Shown piece after piece: positions 25,901 to 37,900 of a stretch of DNA of 64,000 bases. Source of the DNA: Orbicella franksi (taxonomy: Eukaryota). Position numbers and translations under genes: made by a program. Below the pieces are notes generated by a model. That model saw nothing but the letters and a program-made list of their open reading frames with translations. It was not told the origin of the DNA and made no database searches. Every line of letters starts with the position of its first letter. Position 1 is the first letter of the stretch. The DNA is taken from contig OZ116703.1 in the NCBI GenBank assembly GCA_964199315.1, positions 19,406,001-19,470,000 on the forward strand, given 5' to 3'.

Positions 25901-28900
25901 CCTTGTGCAATGCATTGACAGACCCTGACACTTTCGAGCCTCCGTCTTCAACATCGATGGCATCCGTAGGTTTGAGAAGATCTTGATTACTCTCCCCCGT
26001 CTACCAGAATAGAATAAACAATTCGAAATAACTTTATTTTGAAGCATCGTGAGAAATATCAGCACTGCCTCGTAAACTGTGAAACAGACGATAGAAAAAT
26101 GGACATAAACTTCAAAACGATGAAATTGGTTCCAAAAGCAGAGAAACAATAGGCCTCTGGCTCCAAACCAAAAAGCTTTAAGATGGAATCCACCATAAGT
26201 TCGAGTAACAAGAGGAGAAAAACTTTGTACCAAGGTTATTTACATTGTATTTCAAACTTCTGTGCGACTGTTTTGATAAATATCTTCTCAAAAGAAATCA
26301 TTTATAACAACAAATGTCAAAAACAAATTTCGAAGTTCATATGAAACGCTTGAAAGAATTGATGAAATGAAACTGATGAACGTTTACCTGTGTTACGACA
26401 GTTTCTCTAAACTTTGAAATTTATCTTCTCGCGTTTGCAGGGTAAATTGTTTTTGGTGTTATTTCAGGCAACTGTATTTATATCTTTAGCTTTTAGAAAA
26501 TGCAAAAAGGACTGTAATGTATCTAAAGTTTTTCCGGTACGAGGTTTTTGTCCATAAAAAACTGAAATTGCTCGATTTCCTATCGGATTTCGTCTTGAGG
26601 CTCATCGTCTCGAAGGCCGTCACTTTGAGAGTCCAATTACAGTCACGTTTGTATTCAAACGCTGAAAGGTCATCTACAAGAAACTAGAACTCCTAAGAAA
26701 TGATTGATTATAGAGCGTGACAGGTCAGACCAGCAAACAAGGAGACTGCTATGTCTGTATCATGTTTTCACTAAAATGGATAGCCAATATGACAGAGCTT
26801 ACAGAATAGGCCATGTCCGAGTTACCTTGTGCCTCTGTTTCAAAACGAGTCCTCATGCAACCTCGTTCCCAGGGTCTTTTCCCTGGCTTGGGGGAAAAGA
26901 CCCTGGGAAAGAGGTTGATCTTCATGCAAAACCTTTCATATGAAAATGAGTTCGATGACTTGCATGAAAATAAAAAAGTAGGCAGAACACATTTCCATAT
27001 GAATGGTTCCCCACGAAGACCCGTTTTGACACAGAGGCAAAATGAAATTCGGAATTGCCCTATATTGCCTCCACTCTCAGGAAGTAGCGAATATATCAAG
27101 CCTGACAATTTGCCTATACCATCTACTTTTAAATACCATGTCGAACCACACAATTGTCACCCTTGAAAATTTTCAGCTTACCGGAGGTTCGTCTTCTAAT
27201 GAAGACTCGCTATCTTCCTCATTTGTCTCTTCCAGTTGGAGGAAAACCTCCTCGAGCGTTGTCATGGAAACACCGTAGCTGGTCACGCCCAGTAAAGGGG
27301 CTGTGCAGACCTCAGAACTATCATTGTTATCTTCCAGGGCCTTGAGTAACTCTACAGGGAGCAACAATAACAACTAAAGGTATCAAGAATTTAGACGCTT
27401 CGAGGTGGCATGTTTTTGTATCAAGTCATTTGAAAGAGTCTGCTACACGTATTGACCTTTGTTCATTTTGTCTTGCCTCGTACACTACTCAAGGTTGTCA
27501 CGCAATGGGGAGATACATTGCGTGACAGCCAACATTAAGTCTCATAACTATCAAACCAGATGAAAATTTTGCCAGCAAGTCAAAAGTGCAAGAAATTTCG
27601 AAATGTTGTTTCGTTCTTCTTTTTTTTTTTTGTAAGAAGTCTGTTGGAAAAATCAAAAGTTGCCAGAGCAAAGAAATTCAGATTCTAGGGGCGACCTGTA
27701 CCGTTAACAAGGTTCTTTATAATTGGCCAAAAGAAACAATAGATAAAGAACACAAACAATGCCCCTAGCGCTAAGAACAAAGAGGTGCAGATTAACAAAA
27801 AAGAATCAAAATACCATAACTGGCGCGTATACGTCCTGGGCTTATACAACTTTGTAAGGGCTTTTAGATGCGCTTATAAAGGGAGCGGCGTCTATCCAAG
27901 AAGAACAAATTCAAAACAAGGAAAGCTAGAGGGGGCTTAAATCCGGGGTTACTTATAACCGAATGAATTTTCGGCTCACAGGTAGATGGGCCTATAACCA
28001 GGGGGAGCTTATAAGCTGTAGGGGGTTATAAGCGAGGGAGCTTATACGGTAGTTGTTCAAAAGAGGTGCAGGTCCACTGAAATTCTTGAAGGAATGTTAA
28101 ACAAAGCAAGAACTTGATGTAGAGTGGTTCATGCTGGGATAACAAGGTCTTACCAGGCGTTATATATTAAAGAGGCACTGTCACGTTTTTTTTTTTGTTT
28201 TTTTTGCTTAAAACTGTTATAAATTTACGAAATGGTCCCTAAATTTATATAATAAGAACTTAATTAGCTCTAACTAAAAATTTCTTGAAAAAACTGACAT
28301 CCTGACGCTTTTTCAAAAATCCATATCACAATCCGTTTCCATCCTCGCCATCGTTAACCATCCTCACTTCCTCGTGGGTTCTAATCATTTGTCGAGTACT
28401 GCTCTACAAAATAAAACCATTATTGTTCAGCTTCCAAAGATCGATACCTGTTTTTGAGATTTCGAAAATCTTGCTAAAAACGGTGACAGTGCCGGTCCCT
28501 GTAAGTGACGTTAGGAAACGAACATGTTATGATTATTGCCTTGTTATTAACTGCTTCAGGTAAAACGTAACTTTAGTTACCTGGGAATCGTGATACTTGA
28601 TCCATGGGCAAAGCAAACGCCATTTCTTTACCATGGTGACGAATAGCCTCGGCTCCTTGAACTTTGCTTTGAACAAGCTCAGTCAAATGCTGCGTGTCGC
28701 AACCTTCTGCTAGTGCCATACTAATGAAAAATTGCAAACATGATACATTTTCTTGGATATAATTAACAATTAGATTATGAGCTCGAGATTTCTATGCGCG
28801 CTCGTCAACTATCACGCATAGAAATCGAGAACGAATAATCTAATTGTTTTAGTTTAGTATAAATCTATTAATTAGTCATTCAAAACTTAAACAACCACCT

Positions 28901-31900
28901 GAACAATCCTCTTCCCAGACACTTCGAAAACGCAATGAAGCGGCCGCCATTTTGTTAACAGCCGCACTCTGCTAGGCTACTCACTATCTCCAATAGAGTA
29001 GACGGTGAGTAGCGTAGCCAATAAGAGAACGGCATTCGTTACAGAAAGCCAATATATCTGTTGTATACTAACAGTAAATTTATCTTGTGGAAGTGGCAAC
29101 TCTACTTATTGCAATGAACAAGTAATGTTTTCACGTATGTATAACAAACAAACCTCGCCGCAAAATTGGCCTTTTTTGATGACCTTTTACGAAAAATTCC
29201 GTAGTTCTTACTCTCTGGTTTTTACACCGTCGTTTAAGTTCCTAGATTTTCTCTCTCTCCAAAATTATTTTTCGTTTTACGCTCGTTTTACTTTACGCTC
29301 TTCTAAGTAAATCCACCTTTCGAGTTCAAAGAGTCAGTTACAGAACTTACCTCAATTTTTTTTCGGTTTTGTTTTTTTCTTTGTCACACTGCATATTTTA
29401 CATTATATTTACTTACAATACAATGCTTGTTACTAACAACACAGTACATACTGTAAATCTAACTACATGTACATTGCGCTACATTACAAGAAAATAAAGG
29501 GTTGTGGACAGTTTATACGACACTACCTAACTACAGTACGTTACATGACATTAGTTATTTACAATACGCTATATTTACTACACTCACTTCAAATGATATC
29601 CAATTCCAAAGCGGTTCTTGAGAAAAAGTGAGCTTCCCGCACAGCGTACTTTTCCTCTGGATAAAATAGCCTTGTAATCTGCAGAAAACAAAAGCATATC
29701 ACTTAAAAAGTGCCCTGACTCACTGGTCTAAAGAACTGATAACCTGGATTAGCATTTCACTGACAGGCACATCCAGTGACAAAACCAGGTTATGATTTCC
29801 TCAGGGTCCAGAGTAGTTCTGCAGCGATAATCGAGCCATGCACGAAACCAAGAACGTCAATCAAAATTTCAGATTAAATAAAGCAATTGCTACAGTATTC
29901 TAACGACTATTAGTATAAATCTATTAGCGTTCTATCACGAATGCCGTTCTCTGATTGGCTACGCTACTCGCTATCTATTCTGTGATAAATAGTGAGTAGC
30001 GTAGCAGTGTACCCTTGTTAACAAAATGACGGCCGCTTCTTGGAGTTTTCGAAGTGCCTATGAGGAGGATTTAGATAGAGGTTTGAACGACTAGTAGATT
30101 TATACTAAAACAATTAGATTATTCCCTCTCGACTTCTATGCGGGATAGTTGACTTGTGCTGGGCCTTCGTCAACTATCGCGCGATAGAAATCTTCAGCTC
30201 ATAATCTAATTGTGTGTTAGAAATCTTTCAACTTGAAATTCGATAAGTCAATCAAATTAGGTCCCAAAAACGCTGATATCACATCAAAACGAAGAAAACA
30301 AAGAAAACCAGTCCATGATCTATAAGGAAAAATAGGAAAATTCAACATCTGCGTTACCAGCTAAAATGTCAGCTTCGTCCATGAAATGGGTCGTAAGGAG
30401 GACCACCCTGTTTTTGCACTTTTCTTTTAACAAAGACCACAGGAGGCGCCGAGAATATGGATCCATCCCGCTTGTAGGTTCATCTAAAATGACCACCTTA
30501 AAAGTGAGAATAAACACATGAGCGTCAAATCTCATTTATTTACTGTTTTCGACGCATTCCTTATCCCTAAGACACTCGCGTAGGACTCGTATATGAAAAG
30601 GATGGGGTTTCTCGTCGTACCTTTTAGGCGTTAAAAAAACTGTTTTGGTACCTCTTAGGGTTTGTAGCCTCAATAGGTCCACAGCAGGAGTTTCCACGGT
30701 ATCTTTTAGGGTATTGAGCCAAACTGGAAATATGGGAGGAGATCAGTTTGATGATCAACTGATTTTTCATTTTTGTCGCATTCACAACTCATCAAAAATG
30801 TGCTGTTTAAGAATTGGTACCTCTTAGGGTTGAAAAGAATTTCAAGCCACGCCCTCAAAACAGGATCTCGGTACCTCTCAGGGGTACTTTTCAAAACTTC
30901 TCACGAGCACCCCACCCTTTTTATAAGGGAGTCTTTCCTCCCGGGTAAGGTACATGTAGTTTTAAGAATTTAGTGATACACTGTGCATTGCAAGAATAAT
31001 CCACTTATATAAGATGACGATTTTCATTCTTCTTACCACCTGTCTACTTTGTTATGCATAGATACTTTAAGGAGAAATCAGTTCTTCATCAATTTTCAAG
31101 TAAATACGACAACCTAGTACTTAGTACCCTGAGAAGTGAACTTCCAGGGAAAGTTCTTAGCATTTGAGAATCTTACTAACTTCTGAAGTTAGAAATTGAA
31201 TGATGTTTATTCCAATTAATTAATTGTGTATGCAACTTTGTCAGACGAAGGCCAAAGAAATGATTTTTGGTTTTATTTTCACCATATTCTATTTTTTCCC
31301 ACTTCATGCCTGGCCACCATTGGAAATCTGTCAGTCAAAACCAGAAAGCACACCTTTTTCAGTTGAGTTCACTTCTCAATACCAGGAGACATCATGCAGC
31401 AACTTTTGAATTTAAAACTTTTCATTTGCACACAATTATTCTAACCCATGCTTGTACAGAATAACAACTGATACGTACCTTTGGATCTCCTATAAGCGCC
31501 AAGCCCACACAAAGTTTTCTCTTCTGGCCTCCACTCAGATCTTTTGACAAAGTGTCCTGTTGGTCAGCCAAGTCAATCTCCTCCAACAGTGAACTCACCT
31601 TGAATGAAAATTCATAGTAAACAAGGTTAAAGATGCACAGTGTGTGGAATGAAAAATTAATAGTAAATATCTTAAGTCCTGAACATACACCCATGGATTT
31701 CCTTCCCAAGGTTAGGCCTGTTAACGAAACAGCAAACCACATGAGACAGTCAGAGATAAATTCTCTTGATCTCCCTAAAGGGTTTGCATTGTTCTTCTGA
31801 CTGAGCAATGAAGCCAGATACAGTGGAACCCCATTAATACAGTCACCAACAGGCCATGAAAATGTGGTCATATTTACGGGGTGGCTGGATTAACGGGGTA

Positions 31901-34900
31901 GGGTCAAACTTCATCACTGGTCTAACTTGAGTGATGTTTTAACAGATATATCACAATTGCTCTTCTACACAACTGTTCATTAATAAGCATTTGGAATGCT
32001 GATATATTTTTAAAACAATTTAAACTTGAATCAGTGTGTATAAAATATGAACAATGGAAAGATGAACATAGCTGGTTTGAGTGGCCGTATAACTGGGGTA
32101 AAACAAACATAAAGGATTATACAGGTTGGGATTTCAAAATGTGGCCGTTGGCCGTATTAACAGGGTGGCTGCATTAACAGGGTTTTCTTATAACAAAATG
32201 CATTGGCGCTTTGCCGGGATAAAATAAAGTAGCCTTGATAATGAGGTGACTGTATTAACAAGGTGACTGTAAGGCAGGGTTCCATTGTAGTAGCAAGTTG
32301 AGATTGGCACAGTAGATGTCAAGGATGTTGAGTGTCCACTAATGCCTGTCATCCACCAGGTAGGTTTTTGTGAACTTGGGTAAGACTGAATTTTGGGGAA
32401 TTAAAACAAGAAGAAATAATTTATTCATCCCTTGACTTCTATGTTATTTCTCCTAAACCTTGGAGCTATGCTAGACTTTTGACATTTCAAAAATAGCTTA
32501 TTGTTGTGATTAAGCCAAAATGAATCATGTTACCATATCATCTCTCTCCTCTGCTTCTACTTCCTTCAACCCAGCATAGAACTGCAAGTGTTCCTTCACA
32601 GTCATGAAATCAAACAACACGTTCTGCTGCTGGCAAACACCTTGCAAAAACAAGAAACAACAGAAAAAAAAAATTAAACATCAGTTTAAGCTTAAAAGTT
32701 TTAATTAAAAATTTACCATATGCCGAATAAAAATAACATCAGAACAATCCTTTCATTGAAAATTCAAACTTTATTGCTTCACAAGTGTTTTCAACAATAA
32801 GTACCTGTCTTGATTAAAAGAAGAATTGTTGATTTCCTACTAAGGGGTCACATCTACAACTAAGCTTAATATTGTGTATAAAACATGAACATGGCATGAT
32901 CTCTAGTATTTTATAAGCTTTAAAATTTTATAAGATTGGAACAGGTTTTCCAGTTATCATTTTCTCAACAAGAAAGTAACAAAAATTAAATGAAGTGGTC
33001 AAGTATACCCTTTTTGTTAATAGACTGGAATGGTTACGAAGCCCAAAAATGTTTTCTGGTGTTTGTTTTTTTGCACAGAACCCTGTAATCTTCAGTAGCT
33101 GTTTACTTCTGACTGAAGAACAAACCAATAATTTGATTGTAAAACATGATTCATGCATAGTGCATGAACGTAAAACAAAAGATTGTGCACAGTTGTGGAC
33201 CTTCCAATGTAAATCTTGGCATCTTTGTTTGCTCCTTTGATGTTCGCCAGGCTTAATAACTGTTCCCCTCTATTAACTGTGAGTATACAAAGCTAGTCTA
33301 CCGAGGAGCTATTACAGCAGCCACAGTAGGCACCTAACAATATGGGCATCATGTCATTCACATAGAGATTATCAGAAACTAAAAAGTACATGAACATTTT
33401 AAGACATTAAAGAATGGCACGAGAGCCTTGTTAGCTTACCAATAAGCTTTCTTATTTCTTGCATCTGAATAGGGTCTGTGATGTCCAATCCATAAATAGT
33501 AGCATTGCCTTCAGAAGCAGGAACCATTCCTGTCATCATAGCAATCAGAGTAGTTTTGCCTGCTCCATTGTGACCCAGCAGTGCTGTCACATGACCTTCA
33601 TAGATGTCCATACTGACTCCTAAAGGAGCATGACAAGTGTACTGGCATTGGAATTACATGTACCACAGATAGAACTTCCTTCCTTAGGTCAACAGGTGAA
33701 CTTCCTTAGAGCTTATCAGACTTTTTGAGTTCATTTACTTCACAGATTGTTTAAAGTAAGAACATTTGAACTGTGAACACTTGTTAGTTTTTATACTTTT
33801 TTAGTGACCATAGAATGTGCCTGCTCTTCCTTTTAACAAGTAGAGTATAAAATTAGTGTTTTTACACTTTAAAAATGCTTATATTATACATTGTAAGAAG
33901 AGCCTTTATTCCATAGTCATTAATAGAAAATGTTAAGTGTTCAGGGTTCAAGAGTGTCCTTACTGTAACACCTACAGTTTTTTATTAATCATGCACATAA
34001 AAAGTGCCAAAGCAGAGAAGGGAAAAGCAAGATTCCTGATTTTTGAATGAGAAAATTGAGAGATAATCCTTTACCATCAACTGCCACTACATCCTCTTTT
34101 CCGTGGTAGACTTTCCTCAATTTGCGGATGCTAAAAGGAAATAAAATCTGACAATCAAAACTTTAAGTATTCATCCAGCAACTACAAATTGCAAAATAAT
34201 GAAATACTGTCTTGAACTTTGCATGTTTAATTTGCAGGACTTTACTGACTTGCTTTTTAGAAAATGTATTGAGCAGGCTCTCACCAATATAGAGCAATGA
34301 TATTCTCTTCTCTTCCATTCAAGTACAATCTAAACTCGATATCCAATTTTAAAGACCCCTAATTTGGTTCTCATACATTTGCTTTGAGTTGTGATCACTT
34401 CAATGCAATTATTTTAAATTTTTCATGCTGTTATCAATGAGTAAAAATTTGTTCTGTGATGACCCCCACCTGTTCTACTGAACAAATACAGTGAAACCTG
34501 TATTAAGTAGACACCCTTAGGACCCTCACTAGTGTCCACTTAATATAGGTTGTCTGCTTTTAAAAAAACAGGATCTGATATGTTGTGCAATAGCCTTTTT
34601 GAAATACCCTTATAATTTTTGCATTTCATCGCATTTCAATTTAATAATTTAACCTTTGATCTGTCCCTCTACTCTCTCTTCTTTTGTCTTCGTGGGTTAA
34701 AACCAAACCAAAAAAAAAAATAATAATAACACCACATCAAGAGGACACAGTGTAATACCAAAGACTGCTCATAATAAGGGTTCCGGTCCGGTCCATTTCA
34801 TACAGGTTTCATGGTAACCTTTGTTTTCAATACCTTATTACTTCATTTCCATGCATGGCTGCTGGCATGGCCTCAATATCATCAGAGGCCTCTTGCACTC

Positions 34901-37900
34901 TTGACCACATCTGTCTTGCAGGAACATTCCTTTTGTCTTTTGCAGGAAATAAACTTTTCCAAAAAGAAGGCATGAAGATGAAGTGCGGGGGTTTCCGTGG
35001 ACCATACTCAGCAGGAATCACTGCATCAAAGTACAGCGCCAACACGAAATACAAAGCAGCGTCAACTATCAACATGACGATGAGATTACTGGCTGGAAAT
35101 GTTCCTTTGGTGGTCAAATTGTCAAAATGTAGACCTTCCAGGTCAACAGCCTGAAAATATAAAAGGAAAAAAGTGACAACACAGTTGCAGTTTTAAAATA
35201 ACATTGTGGGATTTATAAACTTGTAAACCCAGTGGAGAGGATTCCTGAATGGCATGATGTCTTACATTTATGTTGAACTTTTAGGGTTTTATAAATTGTG
35301 TAGTAAAAGAGGTTTTGCTACAGTTGTATATTTGCTGAGAACCTTAAAACCATCTGGTTAAAAGTTTAAAAAAGTGAAAATTTTATGACAATGTTTCAAC
35401 ATTTGCTTAACATCTTTATCAAGTCAAAGATGATCAAAACTGTGCAAATATAATTGTAAAAGAATTCCTAAGAGACATAAAAAAATATTTTAATATAATA
35501 TAATCTGATTCAGTCAGGTATTTGCACACAGAGTCACGTAAAATGTTTGACATGAATAGAGTCTTTTTCTACTCCTTAATGAGGAGCATTTCAAAAATTA
35601 AGCAATCAAACATCGATCTGCATTTTTTCAAGACAGAGAATTTCTTATCCCTAGGCAGACCATGTTCCTCTAGATGCCTCCCAACAGCTGAATATTTGTA
35701 TTTGCTAATGCCTATTTCCTCCACCTTGAACATTCTAAAAGATGATGATGGACATTTCATCAAGTAAACCACTTCCCAAACAATGGACAAGTATCATTGT
35801 AGAGCTGCCAGCCTCTGCAAACAGACCATTTTTCACCAACAAGACAACAACATCCCGAGTGAATTGTGAACTAGGCTTGGTGTCAGGCTAAAAAGCCCCC
35901 CTTAATTAAGAACCCTCCCTCCCATAAAAACTATTCTTAAACCATGAGCTATTAGAGAATTTTAACATGATTGACAAAATATTTAGCACTCGCAGTTTGA
36001 CACACTACCTGTGAAATAGCAAGACCAAATGCTGTCGGTGAAAAAAGTGACAATGCCCACTTCACAGGGTTGGGTACATCTACGATGATCAGAGGAATAG
36101 CGATTGCACCAAATATTGTCGTTATTAATGACGCAAAGAGACCTGCGCTCTTGGCATTTTTGAAGAATGGTGTGAACATGAAGGACATCATGATGATGGT
36201 TATACCATACAGGTAACATATTATGACCATCACAATGTAATTACTCCCGCCAAATATTCCCCCTGGTATGGTGATGGCATTCATGATGAGCACGGCAAAG
36301 AACATGATCACAGCATAGGTAATGACCCAAGACAACCAGTAGGCGACATCTGACGTGCCCATGATTCTCATCAACTCCTTAAGCTTATTCTCCTTCTCCT
36401 GTACCAAGTTGATGAGTAGAACAGTGACATAAGGTGCAAACGCCATCACAATGTAAATCAACACAGTGTAGGAAAATCCTTGTAGAGACGGCGTGTAAGA
36501 CTCTTTCGGCATCATCTTTGTTTGGATGTTTGGCACAATGTAGTAAGGCAAATTGGCTTCAACCTTGAAATGAAAAAGAAAAAGGTCCTAACTAACAATC
36601 TTTATTTGAAATCTCTGTTTCAAAAACCCAGGTATGGTAGCAAGTTTAAAAGACATTTGAGACTGAAGTGCACAACCTGTTAACTCTTCCATGATGATTT
36701 AAGCATCATAGGTAAAATTTTAAGAATGGCTACAAACGCTCTGACACATTTATTAATTTCCAATTGAGTGGTCAGTGGTTTATGTCAGTCACTGAATAAA
36801 GGAAATTACTTTGCATTAGGGTCTGTTTACAAGGAGGGAGGGTTACCCTAGCAAGTGGGCTAACCCTAGCTGGAGGGCAAAAGATAGCCCGGGTTTACAA
36901 GCAAAATTTTACAGGTAGGGTAACCCCACAACTTAATGCACGGTTACGCTCAAAGGGTCTGGAAACAATTAGAAAGTTAACCCAGGTAGGCGGGTTAACC
37001 CTACCTGGAGTGTTCACAACGGAAAAAGTTAACCCACCTTCCAGGGTAACCCTAGCATGCAGATAGGGTAACCCACCTACCCGGGTAACCCTAGCTGCCT
37101 TGTAAACACAATGAAGAAAAAAAGAGGAAAAGTGCGAGTGCTAGGATAACCCACTTGCTAGGGTAACCCGCCTTCTAGAGTAACCCTTTCCTTGTAAACA
37201 GGCCTTTAGTCAGTAATATTTTACTTTACATATCTCAGTTGTGTTTAAAGATGATTTCCAGTCCATACTGCATAGTCTCACAACCCTAATGTTTATAAAC
37301 ATACAAAAACCTCACTTGATAGAATGCAAATCAATATTATTCATCACAAACCACAACCCTTATCTTTAAGGGCTTTCAAATTCTTTTTCCAACTGCTTCA
37401 TTCATTTTTACAGCTGCAAAGTTGTTTCATCAAATGATATGAGAAAGAACAAAACATAAAGTTTCGTGTCGCTTCGTGCCCATGACAGCAGTTGACATGA
37501 AACTGAATTTACTTTATGTGAGTAGTTGCGAAATGTTCACATTCTGTGACAACATGCATGAAACAAAACAAAAAACATAAACAAACTCTTGAGAGTGCAC
37601 AATATGGACTGGAAATCATCTTAAAACTATCCTTTTAATTATTATAATTTAAACTGACATAAATAGAAATAAAATATAAAATAAGGTATTTGAAATGCAA
37701 AACATTATATATGTAAATCAGGCAACCACCGAAATGGTATCACACCTTCGTAATAGCAGCATCAATACTTGCTTGTATGGTAGCAACTTTCAGTACGATG
37801 TAAGAATTGGCAGGACAATCACTAGGGTCAGAAAACCTCGATATATCATGACATCTGCCTTGGTCTTAAAGGAGATAAAAAGCAGCAAAATTATTGTCAA

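Noticed and set aside
36819-37205. Telomere-like aaccct/agggtt repeats
   Set aside because: They are gggtaaccc palindromic motifs inside a Harbinger-like MITE, not tandem TTAGGG arrays.
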